A stretch of 63,927 bases of DNA, counting the filler, from Craspedostauros australis (taxonomy: Eukaryota), in NCBI GenBank assembly GCA_030167865.1. It is 9 parts of 9 records of this genome, joined end to end, with 100 filler letters (N's around TTAATTAATTAA, not from the genome) between each part and the next. Parts side by side here need not be neighbours in the genome. Positions count along the whole stretch, not along the records: positions 22,781 to 27,797 come from JALAGF010004538.1; positions 27,898 to 33,060 come from JALAGF010004539.1; positions 33,161 to 40,604 come from JALAGF010004540.1; 6 more parts are not named here. One strand, given 5' to 3'. Under the pieces are notes generated by a model. The model searched no databases. It worked only from the letters and a program-made list of their open reading frames with translations, and had not been told where the DNA came from. Each line of letters starts with the position of its first letter. Position 1 is the first letter of the stretch. Both the position numbers and the translations under genes were made by a program. Of the stretch, positions 25,701 through 37,790 are shown piece by piece.

Positions 25701-27797
25701 GCTAATGCAGGCGAAGATCTGACTGATGACGAGTTGTTTGAGCTGGATTGCTTCGCAAGGAGGCGACAAGGTGTAGAGCTTGATGAGGATGAGCTCGACG
25801 ATTTGGAAATACTGAAACGAAAGAGGAAATCAGCAGACGATGCTGATGCTTGGCTCCAAAACAATGGCAACGACACCAAACCCATGCCAGACATCGAGTT
25901 CGATGATGGAACCGACGATATGAGGGAACAGCGGGAAGCTGGTCAAGACGATGAGGGAGGCGACGACTTTCAGGATCAACATGTTTCAGTCATGGAACGG
26001 GATGACAGCTCGTCACAGTCGCTACAACAGATCGACGATGAACAGCCAACGGACGGAAACGGTGCCGTGTTGGAAGAGAGGGATGAAGAACATTCATTCT
26101 CCATCCTCTGTGATGACGAGCCCTCCGAGGAAGGCGAAGGAGGGCGAAGTATCATCCCAGACGACAGATGGTGTTCTCAAAACGGCAGCTTGCATGTGAT
26201 CGAAGAAGAGAGCCTCGCAGGTACCGACAGTGACTCGTTCGAAACATCTCAGGATGTTGAGGCCAAGTCCCAAGACGCCAAACGGCACGAGTATTCCCAC
26301 CGCAGCGCAACATGCCAGATCGACCATGACAACAAAGAAGCTTGGCAGACTCGCCCCGAACACATGGAAGACTCGAAGAATCCAAACGAACACCACTTTG
26401 GTTCCAATGGTGACGCGTTTCACGATAAATTCGCATCATCGAATGACAGTCAATCTCCGCCAACCTTGGCATCGCCGGAGGCCGTAAAAGACAAGAGCCT
26501 GTCGATGCAGTTTGGTGACTTCGGTCAGTTCGGCACGAATCAGAAGGATGGCCGAGACGATGACGTTGACGACTTCAGTACACTTCGTGTCACAAGTTCT
26601 GACAACGAAGGATCCACTTTTCTTGACGACGATCACGCGGATGATAATCCAGAAGCCTTCGATTCATCATTCCATGACAACATTATTGGTGATCACCACA
26701 CTGATTCTCAACAAACAGACAAGCACGAGCACGAGCACAAGCACGACGACAACGACAACGACAAGTCGTCGATGGCATTCGAAGATTCAGCCTTTGAATC
26801 AAGCGCATTCCTCGAACCCATCGGTGAAGTCAGCGAATCAAATGATTCTGACACCACGGCATCACTGCAGGCGATGGGCATGTCGGGTCAACTTTCGCAA
26901 TCTGATCCAATTGCCACCAATGCCATCAATGAAGACTTGGAATCGGACGAGGCAGATGCGGTGGGACACACGAGCGCTAATGCCATAAACGCCGAACTAG
27001 AGGGAGGAAATGATGGCAACGGCCTTGAAGAAAGCGCCAGTCAGCGTGCAGAAGCTGCCCTCAAGAAGGAAGATATGGAGCAAGATATCGGACAGGAACA
27101 CATAGTTGACGATGATGGGTCCCTCTCGTCGCGCCAATCGCACAACACGAACGCATCGCCAAGCGCTGCATCAGACGCACTGAACAGTCCAATGTCGCCC
27201 AACAGTCAACAACCTGAAGACGATAACTCACTTCTGTCAACCGACAAGCACCTCGAAAGCGACATCCTCGAGGAGATCACCACACTCAAACAACAACTCA
27301 GCGACGGACATGACATCGATCATGATGCGCTCTACGAAGCTCAGCTCATCCTGAAGCACCTCCGAGACGACGATCTCGACGAAGACGAACTGTACGAAGT
27401 TGATCTGTTTCAACGACGGAGAGAAGGCGAGGATCTCGCCGATGAGGATCTGGAGGAGCTTGAGATGTTGAGGATGGAGCGTGAGGAGAGGCGTGCGGCT
27501 CAGAGAGCAACTGAGCAGCTGTTGGAGGCTACAGCAAAGCAAGCATTGGAAACAGATGAAGCTCGCGATCTGGTCGACGGGATCGATGATGCCTCGAGTG
27601 ATGGTGAAGGATTCGATGGTAGCAGCCATGTAGATGGCGTTAGCATTGACGAAGGGACGGATAGTGGCGGCGTGGATGCGGATGCGGACATAGATATGGA
27701 TATGGATTTGGATATGCGTGAGGGTGTGGATGATGGACGAAAGTGCGACCCAGATGACAGCAGTCATGGTGGATCAATCGAGGCACCTGTTGATGAA
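22782..27797 (+). CDS. Very large acidic protein with blocks of 20-aa helical repeats (partial at both ends)
   Basis: Open frame across the whole 5-kb contig, D/E-rich, with repeated G-x-x-[LI]-x-x-[DE]-x-L-x-E-L-x-L units. Confidence 0.85.
27260..27797 (+). repeat. Apparently exact internal duplication of 22781-23318
   Basis: The contig starts and ends with the same ~538-bp sequence; identical antisense ORFs appear in the track (22725..23288 and 27237..27767). About 23580-24020 is also repeated at about 25030-25470. Confidence 0.9.
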
Positions 27798-27897
27798 NNN
27801 NNNNNNNNNNNNNNNNNNNNNNNNNNNNNNNNNNNNNNNNNTTAATTAATTAANNNNNNNNNNNNNNNNNNNNNNNNNNNNNNNNNNNNNNNNNNNN

Positions 27898-27979
27898 GGA
27901 ACGGAAAAGGTAAGAAAAGTGGAGATTTCTGATTGGTCGACGGGTGTCGCTATTGTTAGAGATTTAGCGTGCGCTAATA
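27898..27979 (+). mobile_element. End of repeat family B (CTGATTGG...TTAGCGTGCGCTAATA)
   Basis: Nearly identical to 33450-33531 with the same end point; it truncates the mariner transposase. Confidence 0.75.
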
Positions 27980-28560
27980 TTGCGCTTTGCTGTAGTGGTG
28001 CCATTGATCATAGGGAGTATTGTTGTAGAACGGTACTCGCTGCCTTCCAATCCCATGACAAAGTTGCGAATACTCTTCAGACCAACGACTTGCGGGTTTC
28101 CGCTGCCTGCCAGTTTCCAAGCAATTCTGTCCCACGAGATTGCGCCGTTGCACCGTCGCAACACATCCTGGAGCTCAAATTGCAGGAAAGGGACCACGCT
28201 CCAACCACAACTCAGACAGGGCTTTTGCGGATGCCAGTTCGTCAGGCAAAGCAGAGGCATAGGCAGAAGCGATTTCGTCATTCTCGAACTGTTGGCCTGG
28301 ATGTTTAAGACGTAGTTGTTTCGCAAAGGCTGTACGCTGTGTGAAATGCTGTCGTTGTTTGGTGGGGCAGGTGAAGATGCTGCTGCCTGTGTCACTTCGC
28401 TTCTTGCATTTGAGCGTCTCCGTTTGGAATTTCACAATGTTGCGCCCCACTGTGGTGCGGTGGATACCCCATGCATGGGCGACCAACTCTGCATGTGCTG
28501 GAATCCCACCCAAATTGAAATAGAGAACAGTGTAGTTCCGATTGTCTTCTTTGTCAAGGC
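27980..28560 (-). pseudogene. Tc1/mariner transposase N-terminal part (HTH), frameshifted and truncated before the DDD domain
   Basis: AWGIHRTTVGR helix-turn-helix, KKRSDTG, then NGAISWDRIA...SIRNFV...TILPMIN..TAKR, the segment that normally precedes the first catalytic Asp. Confidence 0.65.
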
Positions 28561-30806
28561 ATTTGCTAGGATTACCAGGCTTAGCAATACTACGCCCTCC
28601 ATCCTTTTGTTTTCGCGCCTTTCTTCATCTGCTTCGTGAGCTGGGCGATTGCTGTTGCTTTCTGACGCCGCGAGACCTCGAGAAAAGCGGCGATTTTGGC
28701 TTCTTGCGATTCTGTGGTAGTTGGGGATGGTGTGGTGGGCTTAGCCTTGTTGTTGACATGCACGGCAGCGGCGGAGTGATGCTGGGGAGAAAGGAGGGAA
28801 GGCTTAGGAAGGACACCAGCATTGCGAGTCCGTGCGAAGGTAGCGAGGCTGTGTGGTGTGCACAGATCCTCGCGAACAACATACATTCGGCTCTGCCCCA
28901 TCACTGGGGTCACCATGACCATTGCCACCTCTCCTGGTGCAAGAGGCCCATCACGTTTGACTGTAGCGCTGTCCGTGGTCTGCTTCATTGCAAAATCAAC
29001 ATGACATACGCCCAGGTCATGGACCCTGCCGCTTGAGCTCTGGTGGGATGCCACCTTCACACAGTCACCAGCGCGCAGCATGCTTGCAAGGTGAAGAGTT
29101 CAGTGGTTGCAGGATGGTGTGTACTGTGTTAATGGAGGCTGCAGTGTAGTTCAAAGGCGCATTGCAACACACACCAGAAACACGAAGACAGCAAGACAGC
29201 GCATCGCATCACCAGCCATCAACGCACAGCACAGCGCAGCGCATCACAAGGGGCATGGGCAACATTGGATGGTCACAAGGTGCATCGTATCGTCCACTCT
29301 CTCCGATGTGGAGGGTCACAGTCATTGTACATTGTTGTACAAGCAATGGCTACAAGCAGCAGAGAATCAACAGCCGGTCGTCCCAGATGCGCAATGTTTC
29401 CGTTGTCCATTTTGTGAGGTCAGTTTTGTTGTTGTGGAATGGAGGCGCAATTCGGGACTCGAAAAGTGTTCTCATTGATGGGCACATTCAGTAGAATTGT
29501 GGTTAATCTCCATGGCCCCCAACAGCAAAAACTGGTTGAGAACACCAAACACAACACAACAACACGACAATGGAGAAACACAACAAAACTCCTCAAGCGC
29601 CGTCGAACGGAATCATCGGCACTGCGGCAACCAGCGGTCCAGTGCAAGATCTGAGGGCATAGGCGGAACCGCCATGGAAAGTTTGGTAGATGAGCGAGAG
29701 GGGGATGCCGGAGTGGTTGATTTGGGACCGTGGCAGGCCTACGCGCACACGACACGATTCGGAGGAACATCTGCTCATTGGATATGGTCTCTGCCTGGAA
29801 CGCACAGGCCATTCCAACGACCATGGATGGGCAAGATGCATCCAAGAGGATGTTATGAAGATGCACACGAAGTTTGAGGGTCGGGGGTGGCCTGGAAGGT
29901 GCCCTCCGCAAGAAACAAGTGGAGGGCAAGAGTTTTTTGGTGGGTGGCAGTGGACACATCACGTGACTTTGCTGGTGATGGGTGCCATTGACAAGTCACC
30001 CAGATCGCCAAGCCACCCACTCAAGATGTGTTCAGAATCAAATCAGGAACAAGTATATGGAGGAGATTCCGAGTAGGATTGTCTGGAAGAGGCTGCAAGG
30101 TGGGATGCACACAAAAGGGATTTTTTTGGGTGTCGGAAAAACTCCATGGTGGCATCAGCACATGGAGATGTACCTTTGGAGGTATGAACGCCCCACCCAT
30201 TCTGAACACATCAGTGTGTCGCCAGAGAATGTGGTAACGCATGAGGGGCATGTGGAGGAGCTGCAAGGGTCCTATTGATGAGATACGGATCCAAATCCGA
30301 ACAGCATCCACGTCGGAATCGGGTGTTCGAAATTTCTGTGTTTCAGTGCAGGGAGGCTTTGGGGTGTGCAATGCACATCGGACTTGGAGCGCTTCATGGG
30401 GTGGATAGATGGGAGGTATTCGGAGCCAATGTGGTGCGCAGATTGTGAAAATGCCAGGGATGATAATGATGATCATGGGTGCTGAAGGTAGGGCAGCATG
30501 GTGGCACCCCGAATTTTTCGCACCCACCACCTGACAGACAGCAAGCCAAAACGACATTAAAAATAAAGTTCATACAAATTTAACTTCGATATTCAGAATA
30601 AGCGATAGCCAAGCGTCCGAATGCACTGTCTATTTTAAATTTTAAACTATATGGTGTCGAGATATAACATCATAAGCAGTTGTTTGGATGGTTTTGGGTG
30701 TGCTCTATTTTAGTCTACTTTATCACGACTCATCACGAGTAAAACTCAAAAAACACTCCACAACTAGTGTTATCGCGAGTGCATCAACTACGATCTGGAG
30801 CTCGTA
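27980..30806 (-). mobile_element. Truncated Tc1/mariner-like element
   Basis: Multi-copy terminus TA|CGAG at 30806-30801 lies upstream of the transposase remnant on the same strand. Confidence 0.55.
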
Positions 30807-31424
30807 CCACCTCCATTTATTCACAAGAAAGAAAAAGGCGCCGCGTATCTCAGACGCGATGGGGAATGAATAGTATCATTTGGGGGCCAATTCAATCGAC
30901 GAGTGATCCTCTCCTTGATTTACGATCTCTCCAATGTTTGCTTGGATCCAATAAAGGACTTTCGCGCTGACTCATTCCAGTGGCGGACGTGTGCGTTTGG
31001 GCAAAAGCAAGACCACAACGTGCGGCACCCATTCCTCCGAAACCAGTAATTGTAAACCTGACGACAATCACAGAAGACCCGAAAAGACATCGCGCCGGAA
31101 GGCCCCAGATGCGGCGGGAACGGCTGAAGACGATAAGCCCGACAAATTCCCATGGAAGCGCAACTTATCCTCAAGGGGGGCATGCCTATTTCTCAAGATG
31201 AAGACAGGTCACAGACATTTGTATCCACGCGCGCCGATCGCGAGTGGATTGCATACTCGTAGGAATGTGAATTGGCACCTTGTGCTCTGACGAGACGAGT
31301 GGGACCTGACGAGGGGGATGTGTCCTCGTCATCCGAAAAAGACCAAGTCCAAATCGAGCTCACAAACTCAACTTCCACCGGCAAGTGATGCAGCACCACC
31401 AACACGATCAACGCCAACAAGAAC

Positions 31425-33060
31425 ATGAACATGATGACAGGAACAAGCCGATCCCAAACCGACGGAATGAAGCAGAGATTGGTGGGCGACATGTTCGGTA
31501 GACATGCCGAGATCAAGCTCCTCTTCGACGCATTTGACACCATTGTCACCAAACAACAACGGCAGCCTCGGCAGCAGCAGCACAAGGAAAGACGACGCCC
31601 ATCCAAGCTCGGAAAGTCTGCGCAATCTGCAGACCCAGCCAGGCCTTCCACTCAGCCAGCAGGAACAACACAAGCCAATGCCAGCGCCGGTATTGGCGAC
31701 GGCTCGAACCATCCTCAACGCCGTCCCAAGGCCAATCGCCCGATTCCTGCCGTCTTCGTATCCGGCGTGAGTGGAACAGGCAAGTCGAATCTCCTCGAAG
31801 AGTTTTTTGACGATCTCAAGATCAAGCTGCGAGTGCATCCGAAACAGAGCCAGTGTCGTGAGGACACAGCGGCTGCCAAAGCCAACGAGCAGCATCATGA
31901 GCATCACGAACACCACGAACACCACGACGATCAAGTGTACATCCTGAGGGGCAAGCTCGACGAGTACAGCGGCATGAACAACCCATACGTCGCCCTTGTC
32001 CAAGCAATCACCAGCTTCGTCCAGCAGCTGGAACAAGGCCCGGCACGCATGATGGAGTACTTTCAGCACAAGCTCGCGGCTGGACTGTCCACCGATGACT
32101 GCAAGGTGCTCACCAAGGTCATCCCGCCACTGGCGGTACTCCTGCCTTCCCATGCCGCCGCTCGCCCCACCGATGCCACGCGACACCATCACGAAGATAT
32201 CGCCACCAATGCTGGCGACACATGGAAGAGCGTCCAATACCTCTTCGTTCAGCTCATCAAAATCATCTCGTCAGAAGTAGACGCTGAAGCAGACGCTACG
32301 GCAGACGCTGCAGTTACGACAACAGCGGCAACAACGGCAACAGCGGAAGCTGCACCATCGATCATCCTGTTCCTTGATGACCTGCAGTGGGCCTCGTCCG
32401 CCACCCTCACCTTGCTCTCTCGCCTTCTCATGGACCCATCCATCACCAACTTCATGCTCATTGGGACCGTGAGAGAGGATGAGATCGACAATCGTCATCA
32501 TGACGACGAGGATCACATCGACATCGATGATTCCGCATGCTTCCATGAACAAGACGACCCAGACCAGCACGCCATCAACCTCCCGCCCTCAAATCCGTTC
32601 ATGCAGATGGTTGCCACGCTCGAGGAACTGCCGCGCTACGATCCCACCATGTCCCAGGTGAAGCTTCGGAACCTGACGTTGGCAGAGGTCACCCAATGGA
32701 TGTCATCTCTGCTCGACTCGCCGACCAAGATCATCCGGTCCTTGTCATTCAAGCTACACTACAAGACACTGGGCAACCCATTCTACATTGTCCAAGCCTT
32801 GGAGGCGCTGCAGCGAGAAAATCGCATCATCTACGATGACATTCTTTGCACGTGGAGATGGGGAGCAGATGGGCACGACACCAGGCCAAGCCCAGGATCT
32901 GACGCTGACGCCAACAGCAGCGTCGGGATCGACGACGACGAACGATCGCTCCTGACCGTGTCCGTTGGTGGAAACATCGAGGATCTCATCACCTCCAAGA
33001 TGAAGTACCTCCCCAAGACCCTGCAGCAGCTGCTCACAGTGGCATCCTACATCCAGTCCC
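31425..33060 (+). CDS. AAA_16/STAND-class ATPase (COG3899-like), 3'-partial
   Basis: MFGRHAE start motif, Walker A GVSGTGKS, GKLDEY..PY..LVQA, Walker B IILFLDDLQWA, GNPFY. Confidence 0.85.
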
Positions 33061-33160
33061 NNNNNNNNNNNNNNNNNNNNNNNNNNNNNNNNNNNNNNNN
33101 NNNNTTAATTAATTAANNNNNNNNNNNNNNNNNNNNNNNNNNNNNNNNNNNNNNNNNNNN

Positions 33161-33531
33161 GTCAATGAACAAAAACACCGCGATAGCCCGTGTTGTAAAT
33201 TACGTCTTCTCACGATGTTGCTAGTAGTACGATCACACGATTGACCGTATTCACTTGAGAAGGTCAGGGCAAGATTCGCACGTGTCACACCCAAGATCCA
33301 AGTCTGTCCTGATTGGGCAGATTGGCTCATCTTGGCAAGAAATCAATTTCCACGACATTTTTGGATCTGTGATTGAGGGAAAANNNNNNNNNNNNNNNNN
33401 NNNNNNNNNNNNNNNNNNNNNNNNNNNNNNTCGACCAAAATTTCCGTTCGGAACGGAAAAGGTAAGAAAAGTGAAGATTTCTGATTGGTCGACGGGTGTC
33501 GCTATTGTTAGAGATTTAGCGTGCGCTAATA
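33161..33531 (+). mobile_element. Repeat family B terminal region (gapped)
   Basis: Matches 27898-27979 and, more divergently and inverted, 34440-34820. Confidence 0.75.
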
Positions 33532-33613
33532 CTAACTGAGGTTCCGGGTTCGAATCCCGGCAAGGTACTTTGCTTTTGCTCTCCCCTCGTGATTTTTCGA
33601 TAGTGGTCTAATA
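33532..33613 (+). mobile_element. Partial second copy of the tRNA-bearing 206-bp element
   Basis: 82 bp matching the reverse complement of 10046-10127 with three substitutions; ends at the same CTAATA terminus; 5' part cut off by repeat B. Confidence 0.85.
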
Positions 33614-34439
33614 AGCAGGAGCTGCTCCACATCAAGTCAGGACTGGGCAGCAAGGTTGTTGAGATCCCGTCTCAGCCTTTTCATTCACCTGAAGAGCTCG
33701 AAGGTTGGGTCATCACCAACATGAGTTCGGGGCACCATCCTTTCTTTGGCTTGATGTCATGTCCATGCTGGAGTCACTGAAGGACGTGGGGGTTGGCTCC
33801 ACCAAGGCAATCACCAACCAAGGGCCGGCAAAGAAGGGCGGCTATGCTGACATTGCACAGGCCCGCATCCTCAGCTCCTTCCGGACAGCAATCCTGTCTG
33901 TCTTCAAGTCGTCCAACAGTGGACAGGATGACTTGCAGTCCATGAGCGCTCCAAAGCTGTTTGATGCCCAAGACGGAAGGACAGGCCTTGTCTACAACCT
34001 GGGAGTATGATTGCAGCTCTGGCAAAACCAACAGGTCAAGGCCATTGCCGTCCAATTCCCGCAGTCGACTGAGCTGGCCGCTCAATCCCTCGCCATCGTG
34101 CTTGTCACCAAGTCTCTGGCCTTCTGGGATGGCCTCAGGGACTGGATGACCTCCTTCTTCCATCGACAAGTCTTCCTTGGTTGACCACACCGGCCAGCTC
34201 TTTGGAAGCCATTCAAGAAGCAGAGAAGGCTCAAACTTCCATGGAAACTGGGGCCTGGGACTTGGTGCTCAAGGTGGTCCGAGACAGTTTTGATGAGATC
34301 GCGTCTCGTCGCTCCATGGGAGCAGCTGCTGAGTCTGCCATGACGGAGTCCCTCAAAAGTGCAATTGTGCTTTATGCCACTCTGCGTGCGCACAAGTTCA
34401 TGGATGAGGTGTTGGAAAAGCGTGTTGAGCGCCACCCAG
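33614..34439 (+). pseudogene. Decayed TE-associated ORF (possibly ORF1 of a tyrosine-recombinase retrotransposon)
   Basis: Frameshifted protein-like frames ending WDLVLKVVRDSFDEI...LYATLRAHKFMDE...HP, which resembles diatom repeat-borne ORFs; family assignment is from memory only. Confidence 0.35.
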
Positions 34440-34820
34440 TACTAGTGCAATGCTATATTCCTAACAATAGTGACACCCATCAACCAATCAGAAATCTTCA
34501 CAATTTTCACATTTCCGTTCGAAACGGGAATTTTGGTCAAAATTCCATTGTGTCAAATTTGTGTCACACTTCGTGTCGCAAGAACCATTTTTCCTCCATT
34601 CACAGATTTCGGATGTCACGGAAACAATTTCTTGCCCATCCTGAATTCTGAGAAGGTACCTCCATCCAATCAGGACAGACTCCGGTCTTGGGTCCGATAA
34701 ATATGGCACCGTCCCCGACCTTCTCAAGTGAATACGATCAATCGTGTCATCGTTATACTTGCAACATCGTGAGGAGTTGCACCCCTACAACATGGCGTAT
34801 CGCGGTGTTTGTTTTCTGAC
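34440..34820 (-). mobile_element. Diverged repeat family B terminal region, inverted
   Basis: Reverse complement reads ...TTCTGATTGGTTGATGGGTGTCACTATTGTTAG...CACTAGTA and shares CTTCTCAAGTGAATACG and ATCGCGGTGTTT blocks with 33161-33383. Confidence 0.7.
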
Positions 34821-36446
34821 TTTTGCAAATCTGAACCCACATGTTGGCAAGTTCCGCTCACGGTGACCTACGATCGTGGAAGATGGTGTTGGTTGATAGT
34901 CGTTCGTTTGCTATTTCATTACTTGGCTACTCCGATCCTCTCAGTGTACGCCCGTTCTCTTGCCCGATGCTCTCGATGCTTCAATCTGTTTCGTAGATTC
35001 GGTCTCCGACTATGAGTCGGTACGCGAGATGCTCTCTCGCTCCTCTCTGTATTCTCTCTCTCTCAATATCGTGTACTCATGCTACACGATACTCCGTGTT
35101 TGACGCATACTCCACGTTCGACACTTTGTTCATTCACTACTGGTTCTTACTCCATGAGTACTTACCATTTGAAGTTCATCTCCCGTATCCATGATCTTGA
35201 TGCCCTTCAGTCATCCAATCTTTGTCTCCTGCTCTGACTTGGAGACAGATGTCGACGTGGTGACACGATGACATCCTGTCGACATCAGTAGGCGTCCTTC
35301 TGCTCTCCAGATGTCACATTCCATTGGTGATGCAGCAGTCTGTCAGATGATATCGTTATCTGAGGTTTAGTTGGGAAGTACCTCGAGATTCTCTTGGTAC
35401 CATTGATGGATGGACGGACGATCTTCTAATTCTCTCAGAAATCGTCGATTGCAAATTTCCTACAGAAATTCTGCTCATTTTCGTGTGTTCCATTTCCACT
35501 GTAATTCTGACGAATCACAGTATATTATTGACACGAATGTAGTTATACCGTCCAAGTGCGTATGAGAGAATAACGGGTGAACGATGCACATATACACGTA
35601 CATCTCGACATATACTCACATGTACATCTCGACACCCACACAGTAACACGCAGATTTGTCATGTTGTCTCCACGTTGTATTCCATCTGCAATCGCATGAG
35701 ACCTGCAAGTTGCCTCTCATGCTCACGGTTCCAAGATCTCAATCTTTGGAGCTCGACAGTCTGCATCTACTCATTCAAAGAACACGCTACTCAAAAAATC
35801 ATCCTAAACCAACTACGAATTGATCACTCTACGTTTTCGGTGCGGTACCCTACGCATCTTTGATTTCGTTCTAACACAGGGTATCGCTGTGTTCCCGGAT
35901 GCTTCCCTCTGTGTTCATCATACCTTGCTCATGCATCTTCATATGTTTTTCTTCATGTCCTCGTCTCGACATCTCATCGTTTGTATCTGCGTGCTTGTAT
36001 CCATCTACATTTGCATGGTATAAATCTGCAGTCCTGCATGCTTGCCTGTCACATGTTTTGATCCTCAATCCTGTGGCACCTCACCTTATGATTGGTGTCA
36101 CCCTTGGTGATGTTCCAAACCTGCAGCTGTTCTTGTCCACAAGAGGGGTGCGTGCTGCTTCCCAGATGGGGTGCATCACTTGCCCACGGCCCTGCTGTGG
36201 TTCTGGCTGACGTCGCCGTCTGTGTAGTTGCCATGGTTTGGTGTTGCAACCTCCTGTTCTGCTGTTGGCAAGGTTCTTGTACTATCCAAGGACAGGCTAC
36301 CCTTTCTTCTTGGTAGGACTGAGATCAGTCACGTTTGTCTTTGTTCGTGGGTGTGATGAATAGTAGTCAAAGGTATGCTGAATAGTGTTCAAAGGTGTGA
36401 TGAATAATGATAGGAGGTGCGGCAATCATGGGTATCTTGACAAAAG

Positions 36447-36981
36447 TTGTACCCTCGATTCCTAACAAACGTCACGATCCGGAGAATGCCGGTCGAGGAA
36501 CAGCTCGCTTGGGTGCGGCATGTTGCAGTGGCACGGGTCGGGGCAGCAACCAGCCGGGTGAGAAGAGCGAGGCCAGGCAGCGGAGTGGTGCTCGATGCAG
36601 ATGCGGTAAGACAGCACAGGAAGCAAGGGGTGGATAGCAGCGAAAGGAGGAGGCAGAAGAGGAAGCGCGGGCGCAGGTCCAAGTCTCAGGAGGCGGCGCG
36701 CAAGCAAGCTGGGAGGAGGAGACGCGAGAATACATGATTTAGGTGAAGTGCACAACGGATGTGGAATCGGGTGCCCAGTGCGGTATGTTCAATGTGACCT
36801 GCAGAGATGGTAATCTGCAGAAGATAAGGAAGTGAGAGCCTTATAACAGTCGTTCTTGCGCGGTTGGCCTTTGCGGCTCGCCGTATGCAGGCGACTATGA
36901 AACTTTCGAGGCAACCTTGTGTGCAAGGGATAGTCAGTGAGTTATTATTATTCCCATTATTATTATTATTATTATTATTAT
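36447..36981 (+). mobile_element. Probable 5'-truncated 3' end of another Ambal-like LINE
   Basis: EEQLAWVRHVAVAR resembles the ORF2 C-terminus (LQMQQWILNV); it ends in GAG(TTA)n like the LINE tail at 2033-2058. No TSD found. Confidence 0.4.
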
Positions 36982-37790
36982 AGTTGAGATTCAATAAGGG
37001 ACAGACTATTACCGGACACGGTATGAAACCGATGGGAGAAATTCTTGTTTTGGCGCGAAATCTTCCGACTTGATTGACCACCAAATCTGTTCTCCTCCTT
37101 TCTCTCCTCCATTCACGAATCCATCATGACTCAAGCATGACCGACCTGACTCACACCTTACCTTGGGAACTATATGCTCCTCAGATCCTCTTACTACAAC
37201 ATACCTCGATTCCCTCCATGCTGATAACCACTACACTACCGCTGTGGCCCTGAAGTGTGTATCCAACCTGCTTCAACTCAAGCAATGGAATCCGAAGGTC
37301 AGCTCCAGCCACAGCCACTGCTTCATGACCGTCACTACCAGGTGTCATGATCTACACTGCAGTGTGTCTATGTGTACGGAGAGCAAGGCACTGTAATGAT
37401 CGCCTATCCTGTTGCACTGAATCAAGTACATCAGTGCTGGGTCTCGCCAAGTTGTGTGGCATCGTTTCTTCACCCTACTAACACTATAAGCTAACTCATA
37501 ATAAACAGACAAGGATTAGCTACAAAGCACTCATCTACTCATCGTTACAGTAACAACTCTTCAAACAGTACACCTCTCTTGAACTGCATCACACGGCTAT
37601 CCCGAAGCCGGCAGATCCAAGAGGCATCCTCCACCGATTCGCGCCGTCTACGAGCCGAATCCTAACTATAATAATTAGTATTATTATACGTCATTGTCAC
37701 AGAGTACTCTGCTTTGCAAGCACAAAGTAGGAAAATTGAGATAGAGTACGAGCTAGAGCATGCTGGTATGTGTGGCTATGTATGTGATGG

